Positions 8,322-19,416 are shown, numbered from the stretch's first letter. The stretch: 50,324 bases of DNA from Candidatus Dormiibacterota bacterium (GCA_036833315.1 DAITPY010000008.1:1-50324); one strand, 5' to 3'. Numbers and translations: made by a program. The notes: generated from the sequence alone by a model not told the origin.

Positions 8322-9167
8322 ATGAGCGCATCGCTTCCTCTCGACAATCGCGTCGCGCTGGTCACGGGTTCGAGTCGTGGCATCGGTCGCGCGATGGCGC
8401 TGCGCCTTGCCCGAGAGGGAGCATCGGTGGTGATCACCGGCAAATCGGAGTCGGGCACGGAGAAGCTGCCGGGCAGCATCCACACGGTCGCCGCCGAGGT
8501 CGAGGCGGCCGGAGGCGTTGCACTCGCGGTGCGTGTCGACGTGCGTCATGAGGACGAGGTCGAGGCGATGGTCGACGCCACGGTGGCGCGATTCGGACGT
8601 CTCGACATCCTCATCAACAATGCCGGTGCGCTGTGGTGGCAGCCAATTCTGCAGACACCTCCCAAGCGCTACGACCTGATGTGGGAGATCAACGTCCGTG
8701 CCGCGTATCTCTGCGCCTATTACGCGCTCCCGCACATGGTGCGGCAGCGCTGGGGTCACATCATCAACTGCTCACCCCCGCTCAGCACCCAGCCGAGCCC
8801 AGGGCACGTCGCCTACATGACCACCAAGATGGGGATGACCAGGCTCGCCATCGGCATCGCGGCGGAGCACGCTCCCGACGGCATCGCGTGCAACTCGTTG
8901 TGGCCTGTGACCATCATCGAGAGCCTGGCAAGCATCAATTGGGGCCTCGGCGACCGGAGCCAGTGGCGGTCGCCGGAGATCCTCTGCGACGCGATGATGG
9001 AGATCGTCAGCACCGAGCCACCCACGCTGACCGGGCGGCAAATCCTCGATGAACCCTTCCTCCGCGAGCGGGGCTGGACCGACGAGCGCCTCGACGCCTA
9101 CTGGCTCGAGGGCAAGCCCCCGGAGCACCCCGTGTACATCGACGGGCGATCCGGCTCCTCGATGTAG
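8322..9167 (+). CDS. SDR-family oxidoreductase (HSDL2-like)
   Basis: TGSSRGIG, NNAG and YMTTK motifs. Confidence 0.92.
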   Translation: MSASLPLDNRVALVTGSSRGIGRAMALRLAREGASVVITGKSESGTEKLPGSIHTVAAEVEAAGGVALAVRVDVRHEDEVEAMVDATVARFGRLDILINNAGALWWQPILQTPPKRYDLMWEINVRAAYLCAYYALPHMVRQRWGHIINCSPPLSTQPSPGHVAYMTTKMGMTRLAIGIAAEHAPDGIACNSLWPVTIIESLASINWGLGDRSQWRSPEILCDAMMEIVSTEPPTLTGRQILDEPFLRERGWTDERLDAYWLEGKPPEHPVYIDGRSGSSM

Positions 9168-9205
9168 ATCCAGGCTCCGCGACGGTCCACCCGTATGATC
9201 GAAGC

Positions 9206-10330
9206 ATGAGCCCCACCACCCGAGCCGATCTCATCCGGCGGACCCTGACGGTCGGGGCGATCGGCGCCGGCGCGGTTCTGTCCGCCCGGGTCCTGCTCCG
9301 CCCCCATGTCGAGACCCCGCGCCGCCTGGTCGACTGGGACGAGGTGCGCCGCATCGCGGTCTCGCGCACCGGCGTCCCAACCCGCCGGGGCGCCCTCGAG
9401 ACGACGGCGCTCGAAGGCCGGTACAAGGAGATGGCGGCGCGCGTGGCGCCGCTGATGACCGAGATCACACAGGTCCCGCTCGCGTCGTATCCGCGCTTCG
9501 TCGCCCTCGACCGCGCCGGTTTCATCGACGCCAACCTCGGGATGATCCAGCGACTGCTCGCCCCCGTCGAGCGGCTTCGAGCGCGGGTGCCGGAGTCGAT
9601 GGCGACCGGGATCAGCCGGCGCATGCTCGATCGGTACGTCGGCGAGCTGTTCGGGTTGATGTCGCGCCGCGTGCTCGGTCAGTACGACCCGGTGCTGTCG
9701 ATGGTCGACGATCCCGAGGTCGCCACCCGGCAGGCCGCCCTCTACCTCGTCGAGCCGAACATCGCCGGCATCGAACGCGATCTCGATCTGACCGGCACCG
9801 ATCTCCGGCCCTGGCTCATCCTCCACGAGCTGACCCACGCATGGCAGTTCGAGCTGCATCCGTGGCTCGGCGCGCATCTCGAGGAGCTGATGCGCCGCCT
9901 GATGCTCGACTCGCTGTCCGCCGACGGCGACACCCTGCTGCCGTCGCGCGAGATGGTGCGCAAGCTCCCCGAGACCGTACGCCTGCAGGTCCAGACCGTC
10001 AGACACGTCCAGGCGGTGATGAGCGTCCTCGAGGGCTACAGCAACTTCCTCATGCACCGCGCCGGCCGGCGCAGCATTCGCGGAGCCGACCGGCTCGAGG
10101 CAGCGATGCAACAGCGGCGCCGTCAGCGCGGACCGATGGAGCGGCTCATCCTCACCATCACCGGCCTCGAGATCAAGATGCGCCAGTACGAGGTCGGCGA
10201 GCAGTTCGCGGTCGGGGTCGTCGATCGCGCCGGGCTGAGCACGCTCAACCGCGTCTGGGAGTCGGCGGAGATGATGCCGACGCTCGACGAGTTGCGCAAC
10301 CCGGACCTCTGGGTCCGTCGGGCCGGCTGA
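9206..10330 (+). CDS. Zinc-dependent metalloprotease-like protein (DUF2342/zincin family)
   Basis: LHELTHAWQF zincin motif; MSVLEGYSNF; KMRQYEVG..F. Confidence 0.85.
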   Translation: MSPTTRADLIRRTLTVGAIGAGAVLSARVLLRPHVETPRRLVDWDEVRRIAVSRTGVPTRRGALETTALEGRYKEMAARVAPLMTEITQVPLASYPRFVALDRAGFIDANLGMIQRLLAPVERLRARVPESMATGISRRMLDRYVGELFGLMSRRVLGQYDPVLSMVDDPEVATRQAALYLVEPNIAGIERDLDLTGTDLRPWLILHELTHAWQFELHPWLGAHLEELMRRLMLDSLSADGDTLLPSREMVRKLPETVRLQVQTVRHVQAVMSVLEGYSNFLMHRAGRRSIRGADRLEAAMQQRRRQRGPMERLILTITGLEIKMRQYEVGEQFAVGVVDRAGLSTLNRVWESAEMMPTLDELRNPDLWVRRAG

Positions 10331-10334
10331 AGCA

Positions 10335-10778
10335 GTGCCGATTTCGTCGCCTCCCAGCGTCGCCGACCGGCTCGCGGCCCAGGGACATCGCCTGACACTG
10401 CAACGGATGATCGTGGCCGGCGCCCTCGCCCGAGCCCCCCACACCGTGAGTGCCCAGGAGTTGTACGAGTCGCTGCGCGCCGAGCACCCGCTGCTCGGGC
10501 GCGCCACCGTGTTCCGGACTCTCGACTTCCTCGTCGAAGCCGGCCTGGCCCAGCGCTTCGAGGCTGAGGGCCACGTCCACGTGTACACGTCGTGCGCGGA
10601 CAACCATCACCATCACCTCGTCTGCCGCATCTGTGGATCAACCACGGAGATCGACGACACGGCCGTCAACCAGCTCATCGACGCGGTCCGCGGCGGGTAC
10701 GGATTTGCGCTCGACCACGCCGCCCTGGACTTCTACGGCACCTGCGCGGCATGCGCGGCCTCGCTCGCCGCCACCTGA
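10335..10778 (+). CDS. Fur-family transcriptional regulator (Zur/Fur-like)
   Basis: ATVFRTLDFL, HHHHLVCRIC, YGTCAAC. Confidence 0.93.
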   Translation: MPISSPPSVADRLAAQGHRLTLQRMIVAGALARAPHTVSAQELYESLRAEHPLLGRATVFRTLDFLVEAGLAQRFEAEGHVHVYTSCADNHHHHLVCRICGSTTEIDDTAVNQLIDAVRGGYGFALDHAALDFYGTCAACAASLAAT

Positions 10779-11902
10779 GCGCACCCGCCGTCGCCGTCTG
10801 CGCGCCCAACGCCTTCAAGGGGACCCTCGGCGCCCGGGCAGCCGCGACGGCACTCGGACTCGGAGCCTGCGACGCCGGCGCCCGCGCAATCGCGGTGCCG
10901 GTGGCCGACGGTGGCGACGGCACGCTCGACGTGCTGCTCGCTGGGAGCCCCGGATCCCGCGTGACCCGGCACCGCGTGACCGGCCCCAACGGAACTCCAG
11001 TCGGGGCGCGGCTGGGACGGCTCGCCGGCGGCGAAGCGGTGGTCGAGCTTGCCGAGGCATCCGGGCTCCGGCTCGTGCGGCCCGCGGAGCTCGACCCCGT
11101 GCGCGCCACGTCCCGCGGCACCGGCGAGCTCCTCCGGCTGGCGCTCGACGCTGGGCACACGCGCATCGTGGTCGGCGTCGGCGGGAGCGCCTGCACGGAC
11201 GGCGGTGCCGGCCTGCTTCAGGCACTCGGCGTCCACCTCACCGACTCGCGAGGGCGCGAGATCAGTCCTGGGGGCGCCGGTCTCGAGGATCTCGAGACGA
11301 TCGACCTTTCCGAAATCCACCCAGCTCTCGCGCGCTGCTCCATCGAGGTTGCGTGTGACGTCCGAAGCCCACTGCTTGGCGCGCAGGGGCCCGCGCGCAT
11401 GTTCGCGGCACAGAAGGGCGCGGACCCGGCCGCGATCGAGCGCCTGGAGCGCGCGTTGGAGCATCTCGTGGCGGTCGTCTCCGCGGCCGGCTACGGGGAA
11501 GCGCCCAACCTCCCGGGAGCCGGCGCCGCCGGCGGGTGCGGCTTCGGCCTGGCCTTGATCGGCGCTCGCCTCATGCCCGGCGCCCAAGTCGTGTGCGACA
11601 TGGTCGGCCTCGACGCAGCACTCGCGGGCGCCAGCCTCGTCATGACCGGCGAAGGGCGGCTCGATCTCCAGACCAGGACGGGCAAGGCACCTTCCGAGGT
11701 GGCAGTACGCGCCCGGGCTCTCGGGGTCCGGTGCGTCGCCATCTGCGGCATCGTGCTCGATCCCCTGACCGAGCTCTTCGACGCCGCGATCTCACTGGAT
11801 GGGCTGGATCCAGGCGTGGACCCGAAGCGTCACACGCGAGCGCTGCTGCGCCGGGCTGCGGCCCGGGCCACTCGAGAGGCGCTCGGCGCTCGCGCTCAGT
11901 AG
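10775..11902 (+). CDS. glxK: Glycerate kinase (GlxK/GarK family), probable CTG start
   Basis: APNAFKG, ADGGDGT, GGSACTDGG, GAGAAGG, GEGRLDLQT..GK motifs. CTG 10775 overlaps the Fur TGA. Confidence 0.9.
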   Translation: MSAPAVAVCAPNAFKGTLGARAAATALGLGACDAGARAIAVPVADGGDGTLDVLLAGSPGSRVTRHRVTGPNGTPVGARLGRLAGGEAVVELAEASGLRLVRPAELDPVRATSRGTGELLRLALDAGHTRIVVGVGGSACTDGGAGLLQALGVHLTDSRGREISPGGAGLEDLETIDLSEIHPALARCSIEVACDVRSPLLGAQGPARMFAAQKGADPAAIERLERALEHLVAVVSAAGYGEAPNLPGAGAAGGCGFGLALIGARLMPGAQVVCDMVGLDAALAGASLVMTGEGRLDLQTRTGKAPSEVAVRARALGVRCVAICGIVLDPLTELFDAAISLDGLDPGVDPKRHTRALLRRAAARATREALGARAQ

Positions 11903-12855
11903 ACCGGCGTCAACCAGGCCGCGTACTTCGGATCGCGGCCGGTGACCACCTTCGAGTACGTGTCCTGGACGCGCATCGTCAGCGGTCCGGGCTCGCCGTC
12001 GCCGATGCGACGCCGGTCGATTTCGATGACCGGGGCTACCTGGGCGCCGGTGCCGACCAGGAACACCTCGTCAGAGATATAGAGCTCGGAGCGATCCACG
12101 GTTCGCTCCAGCACGTCGAGCCCGAGCTCCTCTCGCACCAGGTGCATGACCAGCGAGCGCGTGATCCCTTCGAGGATGTTGTCCGACGGGGGCGGTGTGA
12201 TCACCTCGCCGCGGCGCACGATGAAGATGTTCTCGGCGCTGCCCTCGCAGACGTGACCATCGCCGGACAGCATGATCGCCTCATCGAATCCGCCCTGCAG
12301 GGCCTCGCTTTTCGCCAGCGCCGAGTTCACGTAGAGGCCGGTGCACTTGGTACGGACGGGGGCCATCGAGTCGTCGATTCGCCGCCACGACGAGACCATG
12401 CAGCGGATCCCTCCATTGCCGACGTACAAGCCCATCGGGGCGGTGACGATCGCAAAGCTGTCCTCGACATCGTGCAGTTTCACGCCGATGATCTCGGCCG
12501 ACTTGAACGACAGCGGGCGGACGTAGACGTCCTCCCGGTACTCGTTGCGCCGGAGCAGATCGAGGGTGGTCTCGGTGAGCTCCTCGATCGTCCAGGGAAT
12601 CACCATCTGCAGGGATCGAGTGTTCTGCAGCATGCGCTCGTAGTGCTGGGGCACGCAGAGCGCAAAGAGCTGCTCGCGATCCGCATTCCAGTAGCCGCGG
12701 ATGCCTTCGAACACGCCGGTGCCGTAATTGAGCCCGTGCGTGAGCAGGCCGACCTTGGCATCGGCGTAGCGAACGATTTCGCCGTTGAAGAATACCCAGG
12801 ACTTCTCGCGCAGTGACGTGGCCTCGGCCATGGGAACGGGAGCGGTTTGAGTCAT
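11896..12855 (-). CDS. ilvE: Branched-chain amino acid aminotransferase
   Basis: LNYGTGVFEGIR, TKCTGLYVNS, EGSAENIF, ILEGITR, GTGAQV. Start ATG 12855 (TACGCT-N7). Confidence 0.95.
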   Translation of the reverse strand: MTQTAPVPMAEATSLREKSWVFFNGEIVRYADAKVGLLTHGLNYGTGVFEGIRGYWNADREQLFALCVPQHYERMLQNTRSLQMVIPWTIEELTETTLDLLRRNEYREDVYVRPLSFKSAEIIGVKLHDVEDSFAIVTAPMGLYVGNGGIRCMVSSWRRIDDSMAPVRTKCTGLYVNSALAKSEALQGGFDEAIMLSGDGHVCEGSAENIFIVRRGEVITPPPSDNILEGITRSLVMHLVREELGLDVLERTVDRSELYISDEVFLVGTGAQVAPVIEIDRRRIGDGEPGPLTMRVQDTYSKVVTGRDPKYAAWLTPVY

Positions 12856-13014
12856 CAGCCACAGCGTACAACCACCGGCGGCCGAGGCCGGCGATATCCG
12901 CTCATGCGCGGGACCCTTTGGTATGCTCGCGAGGTCCGGAAACACCTGGTGAATGACGATCGTGGTCAAGCGGGGGATCGCGTCCAGGAACATCGCCAGG
13001 GTATTGGAGGTGTC

Positions 13015-14574
13015 ATGACCGACGTCATCAAGGCCCACGGGAGCACCCTGCCCGCGGCTCGCAGCATCCGCTGGGACCCGTCGCCCGCGGAGCTGCGCGA
13101 GTTGACGTCGCGCATGCCGAACGCACGGCACACCGAGTTTGACAACTACAACGTGCAGACCAGGGTCGTCTCCCGCAGCAAGGCGAGCACGTACGTGGTC
13201 ACCGACAGACCCGAGGAGCACTCCGACCAGACCATGAGCCGCGCCGACGGCGCGAAGATCGCCGAGCGCCAGGACGCGTACATCCGTGACCAGGAGATGC
13301 TGGTCATCGACGGATTCATCGGCAACGACCCTGATCGGCGCGTCGCCGCCCGTCTGTACATCGAAGCCGCCAACGCCAACATCGCCGGCATGCAGCGCTG
13401 GCTGTACTTCGATCCCGAGAACCCCGGCCCTGATTTCGAGCCTGTCCTGACAGTCATCTACACCCCCAATCTCGACGCCCCCGGGTACCCGAACGATCGT
13501 GTCATCGCCGTCGACCTCGAGGCCGGGGTGACACGCGTCCTGAACAGCGACTACTTCGGTGAGTCCAAGAAGGGCGGCCTCCGCATGTGGAACAAGCTCA
13601 CCTACGACCAGGGCGGCCTCTCCCTGCACGCCGGGTGCAAGGTGGTGCCCACCGCGCGTGGCGAGCAGGCGCTGCTGATCATCGGCTTGTCGGGAACCGG
13701 CAAGACCACGACGACCTTCACCCGCCAGAACGACAGCAAGCCGGTGCAGGACGACTTCGTCGCGCTGTACCCGGGCGGCCGCATCGTCGCTACCGAGAAC
13801 GGCTGCTTCGCGAAGACCTTCGCCCTGGATCCGAAAGACGAGCCGTCCATTCACGGCGCCGTGTGCAAGCCCGAGGCATACCTGGAGAACGTCTCGCAGG
13901 ATGACCAGGGTGTCGTGGATTTCTTCGACACCGGCTACACACCCAACGGTCGCGCGGTGTTTCGCATGGATGCGCTCGGATGGCACAAGGACGCGCGCGA
14001 GATCAACTCTGTCGATCACTTCCTGATCCTCAATCGCAACGACAATCTCATTCCCGGCGTCGCTCGCCTGAACCGGGAGCAGGCGGCGCTGTACTTCATG
14101 CTTGGGGAGACGCGGGGAACGTCGGCGGGCGGCAAGGAGGAAGCGGGTAAGTTTCTGCGCGTTCCCGGCACCAATCCGTTCTTCCCGCTGCGCCACGAGC
14201 AACAGGGGAATCGCTTCCTGGAGCTCATGGACAGTAGCGACTTTCAGGTCTATCTGCTCAACACGGGCCGGGTCGGTGGGACGGACGACGACGATCGCGG
14301 CAAGAAGGTGTCCATCTCCTACTCGAGCGCGATCGTGAAAGCCATCTCCGAGGGCACCATCGCGTGGGAGACGGACCCGGACTTCGGATATGAGGTCGCG
14401 GTATCGCTGCCCGGCCTCGACGACCCGGAGATTCTCCAACCCCGCAAGCTGTACGAGCGGCAGGGACGGATGGACGAGTACCGGGCTCTGGTCGACCGGT
14501 TGAAGTCCGAGCGGCGCGCCTACCTGGCCACATTCCCCGGCCTTCGCGCCGAGATTGTCAGCGCGATCGCCTAG
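13015..14574 (+). CDS. pckA: Phosphoenolpyruvate carboxykinase (ATP)
   Basis: YFGESKK, LHAGC, GLSGTGKTT, QDD, ENGCFAKT, NTG motifs; SD GGAGG before ATG 13015. Confidence 0.93.
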   Translation: MTDVIKAHGSTLPAARSIRWDPSPAELRELTSRMPNARHTEFDNYNVQTRVVSRSKASTYVVTDRPEEHSDQTMSRADGAKIAERQDAYIRDQEMLVIDGFIGNDPDRRVAARLYIEAANANIAGMQRWLYFDPENPGPDFEPVLTVIYTPNLDAPGYPNDRVIAVDLEAGVTRVLNSDYFGESKKGGLRMWNKLTYDQGGLSLHAGCKVVPTARGEQALLIIGLSGTGKTTTTFTRQNDSKPVQDDFVALYPGGRIVATENGCFAKTFALDPKDEPSIHGAVCKPEAYLENVSQDDQGVVDFFDTGYTPNGRAVFRMDALGWHKDAREINSVDHFLILNRNDNLIPGVARLNREQAALYFMLGETRGTSAGGKEEAGKFLRVPGTNPFFPLRHEQQGNRFLELMDSSDFQVYLLNTGRVGGTDDDDRGKKVSISYSSAIVKAISEGTIAWETDPDFGYEVAVSLPGLDDPEILQPRKLYERQGRMDEYRALVDRLKSERRAYLATFPGLRAEIVSAIA

Positions 14575-14586
14575 TCGACGGGTTAT

Positions 14587-15195
14587 GTGATCGACGCCGG
14601 CGACGTCGTCACGACGCGTGACCTGGTGCTGGCGTTCCTCACGCCGCTCGCGAAGCGTGACTGGGCGGCGCCGATCCCGGACCTGGAATGGGACTGCGAG
14701 ACGACCCTGCGCCACATGATCAGAGCGCAGTCCATCTATGCGGCGCATCTTGCGACCCGCGCGAAGCAACGCCTGCCTCTGTCACGCGAGGTTGACCCCG
14801 GGCTCGGCATCGATGCGCTCCTCGAGAACCTGCGCTCGCAAGTCTCGATACTTGCGGCGGTCATCCGCGACGCGCCGCCAGAGGCGCGTGCCTGGCACAA
14901 CTCGGGTATGACCGACCCCTCCGGCTACTGCGCGATGTCCTGCGACGAATTGCTCGTCCATACCTGGGATATCGGGCGCGGGTTCGGGACGTCGTTCGAT
15001 CTGCCCGTTGCGGTGTGCGCGCGGGTGGTGTCGCGGCTCTTTCCGATGTGGATGCCGATCGAAGCTGACCCTCGCGAAGCACTCCTCTGGTGCAACGGGC
15101 GGATCGCATTGTCCGATCGTCCACGGCAGGGCGAAGACTGGGGATGGTGGTCGCGACCGCTCGAGGAGTGGGACGGGACCGACCCGGACGCGTAG
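14587..15195 (+). CDS. DinB-superfamily / MDMPI N-terminal-domain protein
   Basis: W...TLRH and ELLVHTWDI metal-binding pattern. Confidence 0.75.
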   Translation: MIDAGDVVTTRDLVLAFLTPLAKRDWAAPIPDLEWDCETTLRHMIRAQSIYAAHLATRAKQRLPLSREVDPGLGIDALLENLRSQVSILAAVIRDAPPEARAWHNSGMTDPSGYCAMSCDELLVHTWDIGRGFGTSFDLPVAVCARVVSRLFPMWMPIEADPREALLWCNGRIALSDRPRQGEDWGWWSRPLEEWDGTDPDA

Positions 15196-15273
15196 CCGGC
15201 CTTGCGATTGAGCTCTGCGTTCGCGACGCTGACCGAGGCCGAGGCGGCTCACGGCCACACATCGCGCTGGCGT

Positions 15274-15918
15274 TCAGCTAGCGTCGTGGCAGAAGTGGAT
15301 CTTCGCCGGCGAGCGCGACCGCAGACCTTCGAGCGTCTGGTGCCAAATCTCGACATCCTCGGCTTGCCCTGGCGGTAGCTTCGATGTGGCCGTGGCTTGA
15401 TCCCAGACCGCACGCGTATAGGCCGCGTCGCCGATGAACAACTCGGTCCCAGACTCGGTCGTCGCGATCACCGACTGATGTCCTGACGTGTGACCCGGTG
15501 TCCTCACCAGATGCAGGTCGTCGGCGAGTCTGACGTCGCCTCCAACCAGATCGAACTGCATACCTGAGGCCTCGATCCATCCGGTGATCTCGTCGCGCTC
15601 GCGGAAAATCCGCTCGTACTCCGTCCGCTGGACGAGGAGCGGCGCATGTTGGAAGGCGACGTTCTGTCCGCAATGATCGAAATGCAGGTGCGTGTTGATC
15701 ACCATGCGCACGTCGATCGGCGCGAGGCCGTGCACCGCGAGCGCATCGGCGACGGTGCGATTGACGACGCGGTATTCGCGCAGCACCGCGTCCGGTCCGC
15801 CGCACCCGGTGTCGACCAGCAGCACGCCGAGTTCCTCGTGCAAGATCACGAAGCCGTGCACCGGCCACCGGCTGCCCTCGATGTAGAGGTGTCCGAGGTC
15901 GAGGCGCTTGATCTGCAT
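15274..15918 (-). CDS. Metallo-beta-lactamase-fold hydrolase (N-acyl-homoserine lactonase-like)
   Basis: LVDTG, THLHFDHCG, TPGHTSGH, GDA motifs; start ATG 15918. Confidence 0.88.
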   Translation of the reverse strand: MQIKRLDLGHLYIEGSRWPVHGFVILHEELGVLLVDTGCGGPDAVLREYRVVNRTVADALAVHGLAPIDVRMVINTHLHFDHCGQNVAFQHAPLLVQRTEYERIFRERDEITGWIEASGMQFDLVGGDVRLADDLHLVRTPGHTSGHQSVIATTESGTELFIGDAAYTRAVWDQATATSKLPPGQAEDVEIWHQTLEGLRSRSPAKIHFCHDAS

Positions 15919-15938
15919 GCTTGTGCCGGTCCGGTCGC

Positions 15939-16721
15939 TCAGACCGGGAGGCGACCCCACAACAGAATGCGCTTGAAGGGATAGAAGTACGGCCGCTGAT
16001 CGCCCAGCGCCGCGTGCAAGCGCCGGCGGTAGCGCGCCACGAACTCCGCGTACAGCGCTTCCGAGAGACGGGACTCGTAATCCGTCAGTAACGTCCCGCG
16101 CACCCACTCCACCACCGATTCGGCAGACTCGAGCACATGCCCGTAGACCTGCATGCGCACTGACTGAGTTTCGAACCCCAGCTCGTGGAGCAGCGTCGCG
16201 TATGCCTCTGGCGCCAGAACCGCAAAGATGCGCACGTAGCCGCCCATGGCGCTCGCGAAAGGCTCTTCCCTCGCAACCTCCGCGGCGAGTGTATGGGACA
16301 CGTGGTCGAAATTGGCGGGCACCTGTAGCGCGATCTCGCCGCCGGGCGCGAGCATGTTGCTCAGCCGCTTGAAGAGCCGCGGATGATCCGGCAGCCACTG
16401 CAGCGCGGCGTTGGAGAAGACGACATCGACCGGCATGTCGGGTTCCCACTCGTTGATGTCGCCGCGCACGAAGCGGACACCCTCGACCTCGAGGCTACGG
16501 GCGCGCTCGAGCATCGCGCGCGACGAATCGACTCCCAACGTCTCCACGGCGCCGAGCTCACGATGCAACGCCGCAGTGAGCAGGCCGGTGCCGCAGCCGA
16601 GGTCGACGACCCGACCCGCGGGACGGCGCGTGATGAGCGCAACCAGGTCGTGGAACGGCTGCTCGCGCTCGGCGCGAAAGCGTTCGTACTGAGTGGGACT
16701 CCACGTATCGCGCGCCGTCAT
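15939..16721 (-). CDS. tam: Trans-aconitate 2-methyltransferase-like SAM methyltransferase
   Basis: WSPTQYERF..ER..PF.DL, VDLGCGTG, FSNAALQW, GTLL; start ATG 16721. Confidence 0.88.
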   Translation of the reverse strand: MTARDTWSPTQYERFRAEREQPFHDLVALITRRPAGRVVDLGCGTGLLTAALHRELGAVETLGVDSSRAMLERARSLEVEGVRFVRGDINEWEPDMPVDVVFSNAALQWLPDHPRLFKRLSNMLAPGGEIALQVPANFDHVSHTLAAEVAREEPFASAMGGYVRIFAVLAPEAYATLLHELGFETQSVRMQVYGHVLESAESVVEWVRGTLLTDYESRLSEALYAEFVARYRRRLHAALGDQRPYFYPFKRILLWGRLPV

Positions 16722-16814
16722 GAGTCCACGACCGGCACCCCGTGCGCAGGCGCGACGAATTCGGGCAAGCGGTCCGGCGGCGTGATCATCGGCGGACAGG
16801 ATAGCGTTGCCCTG

Positions 16815-18080
16815 GTGCGACCCACGCCGCCGCGCCGCCCGATGGCGAGCCGCATGTTCCGCACCATGGCCATCGACGCCCGCTCGCTCCGCGAGTCGAT
16901 CCCCTTCCGCCGCCTCTGGGTCGGTCAACTGATATCGCTTGTGGGGCGGCAGATCACCCTGGTAGCGGTGCCGTACCAGGTGTACTCGCTCACCAGGTCG
17001 GCGTTAGACGTCGGTCTGCTCGGCATCGTCCAGGCGGTGCCGCTGATCTGCGGCTCCCTCGGCGGCGGCGCGATCGCCGACCGATTCGATCGACGGCGGG
17101 TACTCCTCGTGACCCAGCTCTGTCTCGCGTCGTGCTCGGGATTGCTCGCGGTCGGAGCGTTCATGCGCAATCCGCCGCTGCTCGCGATCTACGCGGTGGT
17201 TGCGATCGCGGCCCTGGTCGGCGCGATCGACTCGCCGACCCGCACGGCGATCATCCCAAACCTCGTCGGTATCGACCGCCTCGCGGGCGCCCTCTCGCTC
17301 AACATCGTCCTGCTTCAGACGGCCCTGGTGGCCGGCCCGGCGATCGGCGGCTTGGTTATCGCGCACCTCGGGCTCGCCCAGGCGTACTCGGTCGACGTGA
17401 TCACGTTCAGCGCGGCACTCGTCGCGGTGGCGCTGCTCCCGCCACAGGGCCATTCGTCGACAGAGCGCGAGCGGCCTGTTGCCGCGATCCTTCGCGGCCT
17501 GCACTTCGCGCTGCACAAGCCGGTGATCCTTGGCGGCTTCGCAATGGATCTCGCGGCGATGATCTTCGGCTTGCCCCGGGCGGTGTTCCCAGTGCTCGCC
17601 GCGACCACGTTTCATACCGGGGCGCAGGGGCTTGGTCTGCTCTATGCGGCGCCCGCATTCGGCGCGGTGGTGGCCGCGCTGTCCAGTGGTCCGCTTGCAC
17701 GTTCGAAGCGGCTCGGCCGGATCATCGTCGTCTCGATCGCGGTCTGGGGCATGGTGATCGTGGCATTCGGTTTTGCGCGAGCATTCTGGGTTGCGCTCGT
17801 TCTGCTCGTCGTCGCTGGCGCGGCGGACAGCGTCAGCGCCTTGTGCCGCACCACGATCATGCAGCGCATCGCCCCCGACGAGTTGCGCGGACGCCTCAGC
17901 TCCCTGTATTTCATGGTCGTTGCGGGAGGGCCCTATCTCGGCGACGTGGAGACGGGTGTCGTGGCCAATGCCTTCGGCGCAGAGGTCGCGATCGTGACCG
18001 GCGGAGCCTTCTGCCTCCTGGGACTCGGCGCCGCCGCCGTGGCATTTCCCTCGGTGTGGCGGTATCGACCGGTCGAATAG
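16815..18080 (+). CDS. MFS transporter (EntS/H+ antiporter-like)
   Basis: About 12 hydrophobic segments, [14 protein letters not shown] motif A, PDELRGR; start GTG 16815 is tentative. Confidence 0.9.
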   Translation: MRPTPPRRPMASRMFRTMAIDARSLRESIPFRRLWVGQLISLVGRQITLVAVPYQVYSLTRSALDVGLLGIVQAVPLICGSLGGGAIADRFDRRRVLLVTQLCLASCSGLLAVGAFMRNPPLLAIYAVVAIAALVGAIDSPTRTAIIPNLVGIDRLAGALSLNIVLLQTALVAGPAIGGLVIAHLGLAQAYSVDVITFSAALVAVALLPPQGHSSTERERPVAAILRGLHFALHKPVILGGFAMDLAAMIFGLPRAVFPVLAATTFHTGAQGLGLLYAAPAFGAVVAALSSGPLARSKRLGRIIVVSIAVWGMVIVAFGFARAFWVALVLLVVAGAADSVSALCRTTIMQRIAPDELRGRLSSLYFMVVAGGPYLGDVETGVVANAFGAEVAIVTGGAFCLLGLGAAAVAFPSVWRYRPVE

Positions 18081-18154
18081 GGTTCGCGAGCTGCACAGCG
18101 CTGCTAGGAGCGAGGTACTCGCGGGGCGGCCGCGCGTGTATCGTCCGAGGCCCA

Positions 18155-19396
18155 ATGCCCCATTCGGACCTGACCGAGATCGGTTCCCTGCCGCGCCTCG
18201 GTGATGTCCCCGAGTTGATGCACGCGCAGCTCATCCGCCCGGAGCGCTACGGCGATCCGCAGACCGCATTCGCCATCGAGACCGTGGCGACGCCGCGTCC
18301 GGGGCCCGGTGAGGTCCTGGTCTACGTCATGGCCGCAGGCGTCAACTACAACAACGTCTGGGCGGCGCTGGGCCGACCCGTCGACGTCATCGCGGCACGC
18401 CAGAAGACCGGCGAATCCGAGCCGTTCCACATCGGCGGCAGTGACGCCTCAGGCATTGTCTGGGCGGTCGGTGATGGGGTTGACAGCGTGAGCGTCGGCG
18501 ATCACGTCGTGGCGCACTGCGGCGTCTGGGACACCGCCGACCCGTGGATCACCGCGGGCGGCGATCCGATCGTCGCGCCGAGTGCCCGGATCTGGGGCTA
18601 CGAGACCAATTGGGGCAGCTTTGCGCAGTACACGTTGGTGCAGGCGCATCAACTGCTCCCCAAGCCGCCGCGGCTGAGCTGGGCTGCTGCCGCCGCGTGC
18701 ATGCTGGTCGGCGCCACCGCATATCGGATGCTCTGCTCGTGGTCACCGCACGCAGTCCGCGAAAACGATGTCGTCCTGGTGTGGGGGGGCTCGGGAGGGC
18801 TCGGCTCGCAGGCGATCCAGATCGCGAAGGCGAAAGGAGCGATCCCGGTTGCAGTCACCTCGGGTCCAGAGCGAGGCGAGTACTGCGTGCAACTCGGCGC
18901 ACGCGGCTACATCGACCGGCGTCAGTTCTCGCACTGGGGTGTCATCCCAGACTGGCGGGATGACGCCGCCTTCGCCACCTGGACCGCAGGTGCGCGGGCG
19001 TTCGGCGCGGCCCTGTGGGAAGTGCTCGGCGAGCGACGCAACCCGCGCATCGTGTTCGAGCATCCCGGTGAGGACACGATCCCGACGTCGATCTTCGTCT
19101 GTGAGAACGGCGGCATGGTGGTCATCTGCGCGGGGACGACCGGCTACCACGCGGCTGTGGATCTGCGCTATCTATGGATGCGGCAGAAGCGCCTCCAGGG
19201 CTCGCACTTCGCCAACGACCAGGAATGCGCGGCCTATAACGCGATGGTCACCGCCGGCGAGGTCGATCCCTGCCTCTCCCGGACGTTCGCCTTCGACGAG
19301 GTTGGCCTTGCGCACCAGCTGATGCGCGAGAACAAGCATCCGATGGGCAACATGGCGGTCCTGGTCGGCGCGCACGACGCAACCGCGAACGGCTGA
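18155..19396 (+). CDS. ccr: Crotonyl-CoA carboxylase/reductase
   Basis: [50 protein letters not shown]. Confidence 0.93.
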   Translation: MPHSDLTEIGSLPRLGDVPELMHAQLIRPERYGDPQTAFAIETVATPRPGPGEVLVYVMAAGVNYNNVWAALGRPVDVIAARQKTGESEPFHIGGSDASGIVWAVGDGVDSVSVGDHVVAHCGVWDTADPWITAGGDPIVAPSARIWGYETNWGSFAQYTLVQAHQLLPKPPRLSWAAAAACMLVGATAYRMLCSWSPHAVRENDVVLVWGGSGGLGSQAIQIAKAKGAIPVAVTSGPERGEYCVQLGARGYIDRRQFSHWGVIPDWRDDAAFATWTAGARAFGAALWEVLGERRNPRIVFEHPGEDTIPTSIFVCENGGMVVICAGTTGYHAAVDLRYLWMRQKRLQGSHFANDQECAAYNAMVTAGEVDPCLSRTFAFDEVGLAHQLMRENKHPMGNMAVLVGAHDATANG

Positions 19397-19416
19397 CCCG
19401 GCCGCGACTGCGGTTG

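Noticed and set aside
9206-9300. Possible Tat signal (IRRTL) on the DUF2342 protein
   Set aside because: Poor match to S/T-R-R-x-F-L-K and no clear cleavage site; may be a simple membrane anchor.
12920-13014. Possible regulatory RNA in the pckA leader
   Set aside because: No recognisable riboswitch motif; the region is open in frame with pckA and could be an N-terminal extension.
11896-14769. 957-aa minus-strand ORF
   Set aside because: Only the last 319 aa are IlvE; the rest is antisense to pckA.
17132-18154. Apparent N-terminal extension of Ccr (MFS-Ccr fusion)
   Set aside because: It overlaps the MFS gene in another frame; Ccr homology starts near ATG 18155.
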